Shown: positions 52,396-63,160 of the stretch, piece after piece | How the letters are laid out: every line of letters starts with the position of its first letter | Numbering within the stretch: position 1 is the stretch's first letter | Assembly: GCA_963810935.1 (NCBI GenBank) | Contig: CAWEPK010000001.1 | Span: forward strand, 32,001-96,000 | Source of the DNA: an uncultured delta proteobacterium | GTDB lineage: Bacteria; Desulfobacterota; Syntrophorhabdia; Syntrophorhabdales; WCHB1-27 | Direction: 5' to 3' | Length of the DNA stretch: 64,000 bases | Translations under genes and position numbers: made by a program | The notes under the pieces: model-generated | What the model was told of the DNA's origin: nothing | What the model saw: only the letters and a program-made list of their open reading frames with translations | The model's database searches: none

Positions 52396-52680
52396 TCATT
52401 TACCTATCACCCTTCGCTTAGCCATAATGTCGAGGTAGATGATATAGACGATCATAAAGACTGATGAAACGGTGGCGGGCATCGCGCTCTGCCTGCTTGA
52501 CAGAGTCAGGGCCAGCCCGCCCGCCAGACCGAAGTTCTTCAAAGTGCCAAGCAGAACCAATGGCACAATAACATCCCGTTCTAAACCAAGGAGCCTACCG
52601 CATACATTTATCAGCCATCCGAGGGGCATGGTAGTTACAAAAGCGACTAAAGCAATGATCAGGGACAGGCAGTCGGGAAA
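52396..52680 (-). pseudogene. C-terminal fragment of a bile acid:Na+/arsenic-resistance (SBF/Acr3-like) transporter
   Basis: LLGTLKNFGLAGGLAL...PATVSSVF; no N-terminal part found. Confidence 0.6.
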
Positions 52681-52824
52681 TAAATCTTCATCGGCAGGCT
52701 GACGGACCCGACGAAAAATAAGGATTGAGGGGAAAGGGGGAACCAGCTTGGAAGATGGCGACGGGCGCCGGTAAAGAACCTCAATCGTTGCCTTTTAAGG
52801 TGCCGTCCTTCCAAATGCCTGAGC

Positions 52825-53082
52825 TTATTGAAGACTCTTTTTGCCTATGAGCTCTTTGTACCTATCGGGGTGGTAGCCAGTTACGACGTCCCTCCCGATC
52901 TTCACTACAGGAAAACCGCCTGCTCCGATATCATGCATGTCTTGTTCGATGCTCTGCTGCTTTTGATCGTCGGCGAGGTCGTAGTCGGTGTAGTCATAGG
53001 CCACGCCCTGCTCCTCGAAGTATCTCTTGGCTTTCCTACACCAGGGACACGTGCTGAGAGAATATATCGTCACCCTTCTCAT
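52825..53082 (-). CDS. Glutaredoxin/NrdH-like protein
   Basis: YSLSTCPWC, FPVV. Confidence 0.9.
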   Translation of the reverse strand: MRRVTIYSLSTCPWCRKAKRYFEEQGVAYDYTDYDLADDQKQQSIEQDMHDIGAGGFPVVKIGRDVVTGYHPDRYKELIGKKSLQ

Positions 53083-53382
53083 TGAAAACTCCTTTTTGAT
53101 TGCCGAATCCAACGGGGCAACTGCAGCCCGACCGATTTGATTATCTGTGAAGAATATAGGATCTTTCTGCTACACCGCAAGGGGAAAGCAAAGATTAGGA
53201 GGAGGGGTAGGACAGACATCGTACGAGAATATTGTCAATGGCTGTGGGCCTGTGGTCATCGCCGCGTTCACTATTATTCCACGTAAGATTCTGATTGCGG
53301 TCCGCCTTGTATCAATGGTATATAAAAAAAGCTTGACGTATCATCACTGTTAATCAGAAATAATCCAACGTGCGAGGTTTCC

Positions 53383-54759
53383 ATGTTATCGATAGGGAAA
53401 ATCTCGGCTGTAACTCTCTTGCTGTGCCTTGCAGCTCTTATGCTTGGCGGTTGCGGCGGCAGCGATAGTCTGCCAGCAGCCCCAGCCCCCGCCCCTCAAG
53501 CCCCGTCCGGCCCGGTATCGGTCAACCTGTGGACCTGGGTCTCGGGCAGCAAAACGGGAAACCAGGGAACCACTTACGGCGTATCAACGAATACTGTCGG
53601 CACATTGGGGGGCAGAGAGGCTGGCGTCTCTTGGACCGATTCGGCCGGCAATTTCTGGTTTTTCGGGGGTGACGGCTACGATTCGAGCGCTAACTATGGC
53701 GTGTTCAACGACCTATGGAAATTCAACGGGACGAACTGGATCTGGTTCGCAGGCAGTAATGCGACGAACCAACCAGGCACATACACATCGATCGGCTCGA
53801 CCGGCACTCCCGGGGCCAGGGTCCAGGCCGTTTCCTGGATAGATACGGCGGGCAATCTCTGGCTCTTCGGCGGCTCCGGCAATGATGGGGTGGGCGGCGG
53901 CGGCTTGCTGAACGACCTCTGGAAATTCTCCGGGGGGAGCTGGACCTGGATGGCCGGGAGCAACGCAAGCGGTAAGTCAGGCACTTACAGCGGCGCATCG
54001 CCCGTGCCGGGAGGGCGTTGCAATTCTGCAACTTGGACCGATTCGGCCGGCCACCTCTGGCTTTTTGGCGGCTTTGGCCTCGATTCGACCACCAATAGTG
54101 GCTACCTCAACGACCTCTGGGAATTCGATGGGACCTACTGGACGTGGGTCTCAGGCAGCAATGCCAGAAACCAGGCAGGCATATACACATCGATAGGCTC
54201 GACAGGCACGCCAGGGGGCAGGCAGGCTCCTTCCTTCTGGATCGACTCGTCGGGTGACCTCTGGCTCTTCGGCGGCTACGGGTACGATTGTAACGATTCT
54301 TTCAGTAGGCTCAACGACCTATGGAAATTCGACACAACTGCCAAGACATGGACCTGGGTGTCAGGTAGCAGTGCGGGGAACCAATGGGGCACATACGGCG
54401 CATCTACAGGCACGACCGGCACCCCTGGCGGCAGGTGGGCTGCTGTCTCCTGGACCGACTCAAACAACAACCTCTGGCTTTTTGGCGGCCAGGGCTACGA
54501 TTCTGTCGGTGCTTTCAACGTCCTCAACGACCTCTGGAAGTTCGACGGGACGACCTGGACCTGGGTCTCGGGCAGCAAGACCGCAGCGCAGTCAGGCACA
54601 TTCGGGGCCGCGACAGGCACAACCGGCATGCCGGGGGCAAGACAAAATTCCGTCTCCTGGATCGACTCGTCGGGTGATCTCTGGCTCTTCGGCGGCTACG
54701 GCAGGGATTCGGCCGGCACCGGTAGCTTTCTCAACGACCTGTGGAAGTACCAGCCGTGA
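53383..54759 (+). CDS. Kelch-repeat beta-propeller lipoprotein
   Basis: LGGC lipobox; six repeats of WTWVSGS..PGGR..SW.DS.G.LWLFGG..LNDLWKF. Confidence 0.88.
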   Translation: MLSIGKISAVTLLLCLAALMLGGCGGSDSLPAAPAPAPQAPSGPVSVNLWTWVSGSKTGNQGTTYGVSTNTVGTLGGREAGVSWTDSAGNFWFFGGDGYDSSANYGVFNDLWKFNGTNWIWFAGSNATNQPGTYTSIGSTGTPGARVQAVSWIDTAGNLWLFGGSGNDGVGGGGLLNDLWKFSGGSWTWMAGSNASGKSGTYSGASPVPGGRCNSATWTDSAGHLWLFGGFGLDSTTNSGYLNDLWEFDGTYWTWVSGSNARNQAGIYTSIGSTGTPGGRQAPSFWIDSSGDLWLFGGYGYDCNDSFSRLNDLWKFDTTAKTWTWVSGSSAGNQWGTYGASTGTTGTPGGRWAAVSWTDSNNNLWLFGGQGYDSVGAFNVLNDLWKFDGTTWTWVSGSKTAAQSGTFGAATGTTGMPGARQNSVSWIDSSGDLWLFGGYGRDSAGTGSFLNDLWKYQP

Positions 54760-55035
54760 TTTGAAGGGCTGCCTTAAATTTCGCATGACCTAATGGGCCG
54801 CTGGGTTCGTGGGATTACTCGGCGGTCCATCTTCATATGTGGACTGCACGTCAGTCTTTCTATATGCGCCAGAGGCTCATGATTTCCCCTTATAATCTCG
54901 ATTGTTGCTGATTGTCGTCAGGTTGAGGATTTGAGGAAGGAGGCCACGAGCGTGGAGCGATGACGGCCGGTGTGGATTACAAGCCCTCGCGATGGCCGTA
55001 ATTGTGCCGGTAGGGGCGGGGACAGTCGGCTGAAA

Positions 55036-55678
55036 TCAGTTCGACAGGTGGTAGACGAGGTTGTCGAGGGCCGACGTGAAGAAAACGTTTCTGACTACCA
55101 CGCTCGCCGGCACCCTTATCTGGGTAGGGGCGAAGTTCATGATCCCTTTGACGTTTGCTTCCACGAAGAGGTTTGCGACAGCCTGGGCCTCTGACGGCGG
55201 GGTCGTGATCATGCCGATCTCGACGTTCCTCACCTTCACCACTTCTTTGAGCCTGTCGATGTGGAGGATCTCGATGGGTTTGCCTATCTTTTCCGATATG
55301 TGACCAATGACCTTCATGGGGTCCTGGTCGAAGGCGGCAACGATCTTGTAGCTCTGTTTCAGGAAATCCTTGTACATCAAAAGTGCGCTGCCCAGGTTGC
55401 CTATTCCGACGACGGCAATACGCCACTCGCGGTTCGTCCCCAGTATCTCCCTTATATGAAACTTCAGACTCCTTGACGCTGTAGCCCATGCCCCTTATGC
55501 CGAATTCGCCGAAATAGGCGAAATCTTTCCGCACCTGGGCGGCATTCACGCTGCATATCATGGCGATGAGTGCGCTTGACGCCACCTTCTCGCCCTTTTG
55601 CTCAAGGTCTTCGAGGCACTTCATATAGTTCGAGAGCCTTCTTACCGTCGCTTCGGGTATCTTAGGATATTTCGCCAT
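55036..55678 (-). pseudogene. rex: Redox-sensing repressor Rex, 1-nt insertion near 55468 (possible sequencing error)
   Basis: [26 protein letters not shown]; second frame [10 protein letters not shown]...IMNFAP. Confidence 0.9.
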
Positions 55679-55694
55679 TGTTTCACCTTACTGC

Positions 55695-55729
55695 GCGGAT
55701 AATATATCCGCAAGAGAAAAATTTATCAA
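55695..55729 (-). promoter_or_regulatory. Putative rex promoter with a palindrome over the -10
   Basis: Minus strand TTGATA-17-TATATT; GCGGATA-N3-TATCCGC at 55695-55711. Confidence 0.45.
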
Positions 55730-55853
55730 GCTAGATGTTTGATGCGGCAGCTATCAGGTGCACTAAGTTTTGCACGCATCCGCTCATACTTACGTGCACC
55801 TACGCGAAAACCCTCGATTATCGGTCAGGTTTTCCTGCCTTCCGGCCCCTTTC

Positions 55854-56234
55854 TCAGAACATGCTGTTCGGGTTGGCGGAAGTAGCCGGGATGTCCTGTA
55901 TGACGTCCCAGTGCTCGTCTATCTTGCCGTTCTCGAGCCTGAATATCTCTATTATGGCCCTTTGCACTTGCGGCGAGCGGACGGAATGCACGTGCAGGAT
56001 GACGTAATTGCCATCGGCGAAGACGTACTTTATCTCGCTCCTGGCTTCGGGGTAGTTCGTTTTAAGAAAGGTTATGAATTCCCTAAGCCCCTCCGGGCCG
56101 TCCTTGACGAGCGGGTTGTGCTGCTTGTAACGGTCGCCCATGAAGCGGCGGGCCGATTCGAAATCTTTTTTGTTGATGATAAGATCGTAGAATTCGGCGA
56201 CGTTTTTTTTGTTTGTTTCAAGTACGCTGTCCAT
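55854..56234 (-). CDS. SnoaL-like/NTF2 family protein
   Basis: NKKNV.EFY, YKQHNP, IFRLENGKIDEHWDV. Confidence 0.88.
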   Translation of the reverse strand: MDSVLETNKKNVAEFYDLIINKKDFESARRFMGDRYKQHNPLVKDGPEGLREFITFLKTNYPEARSEIKYVFADGNYVILHVHSVRSPQVQRAIIEIFRLENGKIDEHWDVIQDIPATSANPNSMF

Positions 56235-56369
56235 CTGTTCCTCCTGGTGAACGGTGAAGGACAAATCGGTTCGGTCTGCCCTCCGAGATAGCTTAAAGTC
56301 AGACCGGTGGGTGCGTCAAGTGTAAAAGTATCCGGCCATTCGCACCGGCCTCGCAGCCGGGCGTTTTGT

Positions 56370-57776
56370 TTATGCGCCGCCGCCCAGCACCTTGTACATC
56401 GTGACGAGGTAGCTGAGCCTGGCCAGGCGGAGCGTGATAAGCCCCTGCTGGGCGCTGTAAAGGGAGCGCTGGGCATCGAGAACGTTCAGGAAGCTGTCGA
56501 TCCCCTTCATATACCGGGCGTTGGAGAGCCGGTAGGTCTCCTCGGACGCCTTGACGAGCGCCTCCTGCGCGGCAAGCTGGCTTGTGATGGTGCCCCGCTG
56601 GGCGAGGGAGTCCGCCACTTCCCGAAACGCGGCCTGTATGGACTTCTCGTACGCCGCTATGTATATGTCGCGGGTGGCCTTCGATACGGCTAAGGTTGCG
56701 AACCTGGAGCCTGCGTCGAAGATCGGCAGCGTGATCTGCGGTGTGAAAGACCAGACGCCGGAGCCTGCTTCCCACAGTCCGGCGAGCTGCGAGCTGCTCG
56801 CCCCTACCGTGCTGGTAAGGAGCACCCGGGGGAAGAAGTTGGCCCTTGCAGCGCCGATATTGGCGTTGGCCGATTTAAGCAGGCTTTCGGCCTGTAAGAT
56901 ATCGGGCCTGTTCAGCAGCACATCCGAAGAGAGGCCGGGGGATACGTCCCTGGGAGGCGCTATTACGGCCAGCTCCTCCGCCAGCAGCTCGGCAGGCACG
57001 GGGGCGCCGACAACCAGATTGAGTGCGTTCTCGTCGAGGGCCACGACGCGGGTAAAAGCGATTACGTCGGCGCGCGCCGACTCAAGGAGCGTCTGGGCCT
57101 GCCGCACATCGAGCGCCGATGACGAGCCGACCTTGAACCGCCGCTCGATCAGGTCGAAAGAGGACTGCCGGGCGACAAACGTCGCCCTGGAGAGCTTCAG
57201 GTTGTCGCGGTCGGCAGCAAGCGTCATGTAGGCGTATGCTACCTCAGCCATGAGCGATATCTGCGCTGCGCGCAGCGCCTGCTCGGTCGCGAGGTACTGC
57301 TGCAGGGCGCTCTGTTTAAGGCTGCGGATGCGGCCGAAAAAGTCGATCTCCCAGGAGCTGACGCCGACCCCTACATCGAATTGTTTAACGGTTTGTGCCT
57401 TCTGCAGGACCGAAAGGCTCGACGGGACCCTCTCCTGGATCGTGTCCCCGAAGGCGGAGACAGTGGGAAAGAGCTGGGCTCTCTGTATCCTGTACTGGCC
57501 CCTCGCGACTTCTATGTTCAACGCAGCTATGCGCAGGTCCCTATTGTTTACCAGCGCCGCGAGGATGACCTTTTGCATCCGCTCGTCCGTGTAGAAATCA
57601 CGCCAGCCTACGTCTGCGGCAGGCGGGGCCGCCTGGATTCCCCGGTTGCCCTCGTATGCCGGGCCAGTCGGCCAGCCGGCGGGCACGGGCGGCGCGGGGC
57701 GGGAATATTCGGGTATCATCGTGCAGGCGGACAGGCAGACGGCCGCAAAGGCGATCGTGAAGGCCCTTCGGGTCAT
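56370..57776 (-). CDS. RND efflux outer-membrane lipoprotein (OprM/NodT family)
   Basis: LSAC-TMIPEY, NNRDLR, WEIDFFG, RPDI, YKVLGGG; start moved to 57776. Confidence 0.93.
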   Translation of the reverse strand: MTRRAFTIAFAAVCLSACTMIPEYSRPAPPVPAGWPTGPAYEGNRGIQAAPPAADVGWRDFYTDERMQKVILAALVNNRDLRIAALNIEVARGQYRIQRAQLFPTVSAFGDTIQERVPSSLSVLQKAQTVKQFDVGVGVSSWEIDFFGRIRSLKQSALQQYLATEQALRAAQISLMAEVAYAYMTLAADRDNLKLSRATFVARQSSFDLIERRFKVGSSSALDVRQAQTLLESARADVIAFTRVVALDENALNLVVGAPVPAELLAEELAVIAPPRDVSPGLSSDVLLNRPDILQAESLLKSANANIGAARANFFPRVLLTSTVGASSSQLAGLWEAGSGVWSFTPQITLPIFDAGSRFATLAVSKATRDIYIAAYEKSIQAAFREVADSLAQRGTITSQLAAQEALVKASEETYRLSNARYMKGIDSFLNVLDAQRSLYSAQQGLITLRLARLSYLVTMYKVLGGGA

Positions 57777-60700
57777 GGCCGCCCTCCTTCGGAAGGGGAG
57801 ACAGGCCCGGCGGCCTGCCCGGCAGGAGCTGCTGCCTGCTTCGGCTTCCGTGCGCCGTAAACGATTACGAAGAAGAGCGGGATATAGAAGAGGTCTATGA
57901 AGGTAGCGGAGAGCATGCCGCCGGTAACGGCGGTGCCTATGGCTTTCATGGCGCCTGCGCCCGCACCGGTCGCGAGCGCGAGAGGGAGCACGCCGAAGAA
58001 GAACGCCATCGAGGTCATGATGACGGGTCGCAGCCTCAGCCGGGCGGCCTCGAGCGTCGCTTCGACCAGCCCCGCCCCGTGTGCGATCCTGTCGCGGGCG
58101 AACTGGATGATAAGGATCGCGTTCTTGGTCGTCAGGCCGAGCGTGGTAAGGAAGCCGATCTGAAAGTAGACGTCGTTCGGCATACCGCGCAGCCAGGTCG
58201 CAGCCGCAGCTCCAAAGAGGCCCAGGGGTAGCATGAACAGGTTGGCAAAAGGAATACGCCAGCTTTCGTAGAGGGCCGCTACGCACAGGAAGATGACCAG
58301 GACGGAAAATGTATAAAGGAGCGGCGCCTGGGAGCTTGCCATCCGCTCCTGGTAGGAAAGCTCCGTCCAATCGTTACCGATCCCGGCAGGCAGCTTCGCA
58401 GTGAGCTCTTCCATCGCCCGCATCGCCTCTCCCGAGCTTCTGCCGGGGGCCGCCTCGCCCCAGATACTCATAGCGGAAGAGCCGTTATAGCGCTCCAGCC
58501 TCGGCGAGCCGTAGGCCCAGCGGCCGGTGGTGATGGCGGAGAAGGGCACCATTTTCCCGGCCGTGTTGCGCACGTATAGCCGCTCGATGTCTCCGGGGAG
58601 CATACGGTAGGGGGCGTCTGCCTGGGCGTAAACACGCTTGATCCGGCCGCTCTCCACAAAATTGTTGACGTAGGCGCTTCCGAACGCCTCGGAGATGGTG
58701 TTATGTATCGAGGTTATGGGAATGCCGAGCGAACCGGCCTTGGCCCAGTCCACATCGACCCTGTACTGCGGCACGTCCTCCATGCCGTTCGGCCTTATGT
58801 AAGCCAGCCTCTTGTCCTTGGAAGCCATGAACAAAAGCTGGTTGCGGGCAGCCAGCAGCTTGTCATGGCCCACGCCGCCCCGGTCAAGCAGCTCGTACGA
58901 GAAGCCCCTGGCGCTGCCCAGCTCGACCACCGGGGGCGGCGGAAAAACGAAGACAAGGGCGTTGCGCATGCCCGCGAAGGCCTTCGAAGCCCGCTCCGCT
59001 ATGGCTTTTGCCCTCATGGATGAGCTTTTTCGTAGCTTCCAGTCTTTGAGCATAACGAATACCATGCCGTTCGTCTGGCCCGTTCCCGAAAAGCCGTAGC
59101 CGGCGACGTTCATACAGGACTTCACCGCTGCCCCTTCTTTCTTCTCGAAGTACGATTGTATCTCGTCCAGGACTGTTTGCGTCTGCTCACGCGTCGAGCC
59201 CGTGGGCATCATCACCTGCGCGAACAACACCCCCTGGTCTTCATCGGGCAGAAAGCCCGTCGGCAGGCGCAGAAAGATGAGGCCTACGCCTACGACGATA
59301 AGGCCGTAAACTATCAGATAGCGGAATTTGTTGGATAGAGAGCGTTGTACGGTATTTACATACTTGTCCCTTGTGCGGAAGAAGAACCGGTCGAACCGTG
59401 TGAAGATGGGACGCAGGAAAAAGATCGCGTTCTGCCCCGGCTCGTAGCCCGGTTCCACGGGCTTGAGCAGGGAGGCGCAAAGAACAGGCGTCAGGATCAG
59501 TGCGACGACCACTGAAAGCAGCATGGACGCGATTATCGTCACGGAAAACTGGCGGTAGATAACCCCCGTAGAACCGCCGAAAAAGGCCATGGGCCCAAAA
59601 ACCGCCGCGAGCACCAGCCCGATCCCTATCAGGGCGCTCGTGATCTGCTCCATCGACTTGGCGGTGGCCTCTGCGGGGGAGAGGCCCTCCTCGCGCATTA
59701 TCCTTTCGACGTTTTCGACCACTACTATAGCGTCGTCCACGAGCAGGCCGATGGCGAGCACCATGGCGAACATGGTCAGCATGTTGATGGAGAAACCGAA
59801 GATCCCCAGCACGGCGAAGGTGCCGAGGATTACGACCGGCACTGCAATGGTCGGTATAAGGGTCGCCCGGAAGCTCCCCATGAAAAGCCACATGATCAGA
59901 AAGACGAGCAGGATGGCCTCGAGCAGGGTTATGACAACCTCTTTGATGGCCACCTTGATAAACGGAGTCGTGTCATACGGATAAACTACCTTCACCCCCT
60001 TCGGGAAATAGCGGCTCATCTCGTCCAGCTTTGCCTTGACGTTATTCGCTGTTTCCAGGGCGTTCGCTCCCGCGATCTGCCGTATGGCCATGCCCGCTGC
60101 GGGGCTCCCGTTGTAGAGGACGTCGACGTCGTACAACTCCGTGCCAAGCTCGGTCCGTCCTACGTCTTTGACGCGGATTACGGAGCCGTCCGGGTTCATC
60201 CTGATGGGGATGGAGGCGAACTGCTCCGGGGTTTTTAGCAGGTTCTGAACTATGATGGAGGCATTGAGGCGCTGCCCTTTTACAGAGGGCATCCCGCCGA
60301 ACTGGCCGGCGGAGACTTCGACGTTGTACGCCTGAAGGGAGGCGACGACGTCGTCCACGGTGAGGGAGTAGTTGGTCAGCTTGTCGGGGTTGAGCCAGAC
60401 GCGCATCGCGTACTGGGTCCCGAACTCCTCCACCTCGCCTACGCCGGGCACGCGGGCAAGCACTTTTTCGAGGCTCGACTGGGCGTAATCCCTGAGGTCA
60501 TTGCCGTCCATGCTGCCGTCTTCCGATATCAGGCCGACGACCATCAGGTAATTTCGCGTTGCCTTGCCTACGCTGATTCCCTGCAACTGCACGACCTGCG
60601 GCAAGCTGGCCATGGCAAGCTGCAGCTTATTCTGGACTTTGGCCCATGCGAGGTCCGGGTCCATTCCCGGCGCGAAGGTCAGCTCCGTACGGGATACGCC

Positions 60701-60961
60701 GGACGAGTCGCTTGTGGCCGTAAGGTAGATCATCTTGTCGATGCCGGTCATCTTTTGCTCGATGATCTGGGTTACGGTGTTCTCCACGGTTTCCGCGGAC
60801 GCGCCGGGATAGAAGGCCTGAATATATATCGAGGGGGGCGCGACGGGAGGATATTGGGCTACGGGCAGCCTGTAAATGGCCAGAGTGCCCGCAAGCATGA
60901 TTATGATGGCTATGACCCAGGCGAATACCGGGCGGTCAAGGAAGAATTTCGACAGCATCAT
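57773..60961 (-). CDS. RND efflux permease (AcrB/MexB, HAE1)
   Basis: FFLDRPVFAWV, GLLVDDAIVVVEN, KNAILI, RLRPVIMTS. Confidence 0.96.
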   Translation of the reverse strand: MMLSKFFLDRPVFAWVIAIIIMLAGTLAIYRLPVAQYPPVAPPSIYIQAFYPGASAETVENTVTQIIEQKMTGIDKMIYLTATSDSSGVSRTELTFAPGMDPDLAWAKVQNKLQLAMASLPQVVQLQGISVGKATRNYLMVVGLISEDGSMDGNDLRDYAQSSLEKVLARVPGVGEVEEFGTQYAMRVWLNPDKLTNYSLTVDDVVASLQAYNVEVSAGQFGGMPSVKGQRLNASIIVQNLLKTPEQFASIPIRMNPDGSVIRVKDVGRTELGTELYDVDVLYNGSPAAGMAIRQIAGANALETANNVKAKLDEMSRYFPKGVKVVYPYDTTPFIKVAIKEVVITLLEAILLVFLIMWLFMGSFRATLIPTIAVPVVILGTFAVLGIFGFSINMLTMFAMVLAIGLLVDDAIVVVENVERIMREEGLSPAEATAKSMEQITSALIGIGLVLAAVFGPMAFFGGSTGVIYRQFSVTIIASMLLSVVVALILTPVLCASLLKPVEPGYEPGQNAIFFLRPIFTRFDRFFFRTRDKYVNTVQRSLSNKFRYLIVYGLIVVGVGLIFLRLPTGFLPDEDQGVLFAQVMMPTGSTREQTQTVLDEIQSYFEKKEGAAVKSCMNVAGYGFSGTGQTNGMVFVMLKDWKLRKSSSMRAKAIAERASKAFAGMRNALVFVFPPPPVVELGSARGFSYELLDRGGVGHDKLLAARNQLLFMASKDKRLAYIRPNGMEDVPQYRVDVDWAKAGSLGIPITSIHNTISEAFGSAYVNNFVESGRIKRVYAQADAPYRMLPGDIERLYVRNTAGKMVPFSAITTGRWAYGSPRLERYNGSSAMSIWGEAAPGRSSGEAMRAMEELTAKLPAGIGNDWTELSYQERMASSQAPLLYTFSVLVIFLCVAALYESWRIPFANLFMLPLGLFGAAAATWLRGMPNDVYFQIGFLTTLGLTTKNAILIIQFARDRIAHGAGLVEATLEAARLRLRPVIMTSMAFFFGVLPLALATGAGAGAMKAIGTAVTGGMLSATFIDLFYIPLFFVIVYGARKPKQAAAPAGQAAGPVSPSEGGRP

Positions 60962-60971
60962 GCACCCCCGG

Positions 60972-62162
60972 TCAATTCGTCGCAGGCGGCCCGGCGGCCT
61001 TCCCTGCTTGGGGCGCAGCCCCGAAAGGGACGGCTTTTGCCGGGGCCCCAGGCCGAACTTTCTGCGTACCCTCTACAATCACCCTGTCGCCGGCCGCCAG
61101 ACCCGATGCGACTAGCCATTTTTCGCCGATAGCCCGGTCGACCGCGATCACGCGCTGCTGGACTTTGTTGTCGGGGCCGAGAACCAGCGCCACCGCATTG
61201 CCCTTGCGGTCGCGGGTGACCCCCTGCTGGGGCGCGAGGATCGCATTCTCGACTACCCCGTCCTGGATGAGGGCGCGCACGTACATGCCGGGCAAAAGAA
61301 CATGCCTGGGATTGGGAAAGGAGATGCGGAGGATGAACGACCCGGTGCTCTGGTCCACTGTGATATCCGAAAATTTGAGGGTGCCCTCGGACGGGTAGGG
61401 CGTGCCGTCTTCCAGAAGCAGCTTAACGCGCGCCCGATCGGGGCCGCCGTCCCTTATCCGCCCCGCTTCGATGCTGCGCCGCAAGCGCAGCAGATTCGCG
61501 CTGGACTGGGTGACGTCGACGAAAATAGGGTCGAGCTGCTGGATTGTGGCGAAGGGCACTATCTGGCCTGCCGTTGCAAGCGCGCCCACGGTGGTCATAG
61601 ACCTGCCTATACGGCCGGTGATAGGGGCTGTGACCCGCGTATACGCCAGGTTGATGCGGGCCGTATCTTTCGCTGCCTTGTTTGCCTCGATATCGGCGAA
61701 CGCCTGCTGGAGGGCAGAGGCGGAATCGTCATATTCCTGCTTGCTTACTGCATCGATCTTCACCAGGTCTTTGTACCGCTCCATCCTCGACCGGATTGCG
61801 GTCACGTTTGCCTCGGCCCTGGCCAGGCCCGCGCTTGCGTTCGCGTATGCGGCCTCGTACATCGCCGGGTCTATCTGGTAAAGAAGCTCGCCCGCCTTCA
61901 CGTCTGCGCCTTCCTCAAAGTGACGCTTAGTAACGATGCCGCTCACTTGCGGCCGCACCTCAGCGACAAGCTGCGAGACGGTCCTTCCGGGCAACTCGGT
62001 GGTGATGGTCACGCGCTCGGGACGCATGACGACTATGCCTACTTCAGGGGTGCCTGCCTGCGGGGGCCCGCCGGCCCCGGATTTCCCGCAACCGGCAGCG
62101 ATGAAACAAGCGATAATTATTCCGGCCGCCCGGACTGCTATTTGTCTGTATTCACTCCGCAT
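60972..62162 (-). CDS. RND efflux periplasmic adaptor (AcrA/MexA)
   Basis: AAGC lipobox, ELPGR, EVRPQVSG, APITGRIG. Confidence 0.95.
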   Translation of the reverse strand: MRSEYRQIAVRAAGIIIACFIAAGCGKSGAGGPPQAGTPEVGIVVMRPERVTITTELPGRTVSQLVAEVRPQVSGIVTKRHFEEGADVKAGELLYQIDPAMYEAAYANASAGLARAEANVTAIRSRMERYKDLVKIDAVSKQEYDDSASALQQAFADIEANKAAKDTARINLAYTRVTAPITGRIGRSMTTVGALATAGQIVPFATIQQLDPIFVDVTQSSANLLRLRRSIEAGRIRDGGPDRARVKLLLEDGTPYPSEGTLKFSDITVDQSTGSFILRISFPNPRHVLLPGMYVRALIQDGVVENAILAPQQGVTRDRKGNAVALVLGPDNKVQQRVIAVDRAIGEKWLVASGLAAGDRVIVEGTQKVRPGAPAKAVPFGAAPQAGKAAGPPATN

Positions 62163-62844
62163 ACGTGCCCCTTTGGCGCGGTCTAGCCCGGCCCGCTTTC
62201 GTCTTATGACCCACTGCGTCTATCCCGGCGAGGGAAAAGGCTATTACGTGCTCGGCGTAGGCCTCGATATCCTGCTCATTCAGGCGCCAGAAGGCAAGAT
62301 CGACGCCCTTGGTAGCTTTATCAACCCGCGTGATGATGGCCGGGAAAACGCACTGGCTCATAACGCTCAAGGCGCAGAAACGGGCCTGTTTTGCCGGTGC
62401 TTTCCCGCCAAGGACCTCGCTTATGACCGCCTCCACTCTGGTGCGCAGCGGCTCCAGCTCCTCACGCATGACTTCCTCGAGAAGTCCCGTTGGGTTTACC
62501 ACCTCTCTGTGACTTATGCCGAACTCACGGTTCTCCTCGTCGCTGATTCTCTCCAGATGCGCCCTGATCTGCCCTCGCAGCCGCTGCTCGGCGGGCGCGT
62601 CCGCAGGGACGCCGCCGTCCGCCGGATGGCGGTCGATCGAATCCCGGAAAGACTGCCGCCACGCCTCCCTGTATAGCGTTTCCTTGTCGCCGAAGTGGTA
62701 ATTGACCGCCGCAATGTTCGCGCCGGCAGTCTCGCAGATCTCGGCTATCGTCGCGTCGCGGTAGCCCTTTTCTGCGAATATCCTCCCCGCTGCGGCCAGC
62801 AGCCCTTTTCGGGTTTTCACGGAATCCTGTCTGGGCACCTTCAT
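62152..62844 (-). CDS. TetR family regulator (CecR/CerR-like)
   Basis: FAEKGY..ATIAEIC..AGANIAAVNYHFGDKETLY; start at ATG 62844. Confidence 0.92.
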   Translation of the reverse strand: MKVPRQDSVKTRKGLLAAAGRIFAEKGYRDATIAEICETAGANIAAVNYHFGDKETLYREAWRQSFRDSIDRHPADGGVPADAPAEQRLRGQIRAHLERISDEENREFGISHREVVNPTGLLEEVMREELEPLRTRVEAVISEVLGGKAPAKQARFCALSVMSQCVFPAIITRVDKATKGVDLAFWRLNEQDIEAYAEHVIAFSLAGIDAVGHKTKAGRARPRQRGTYAE

Positions 62845-63160
62845 CGCAGACCTCCCGCGGTCAGAACTAATTGTAATTGTACCTGCCCCTTGCGGCAAAA
62901 CACCATTCCAGGTCTTAACGGTTTTCTGCACGGTCCGCCTCGCAACCCACATTATAGCGCCTTCGCCGATTATTTTCAAATGAATATTTTAATTAGTCAA
63001 TAAAAGTCTTCATTACATTTCCTCAAAGACGTAGCTGACGAGGGGTGGGCCATTTGTCCGTAGGGGCGTTCATTAGCCAGCGGACTCTATATTTTGTGGC
63101 GTATAACAGCCAGTAAATACTAATAAAACAAAAAAAGAGCATCTATCCGAAAAAAACCGC

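Noticed and set aside
57776..58370. N-terminal extensions in the ORF track (outer-membrane factor here; similarly for rubrerythrin, the ThDP enzyme, rplU and tetR)
   Set aside because: They overlap upstream genes or promoter regions; internal starts with SD and signal or family motifs fit better
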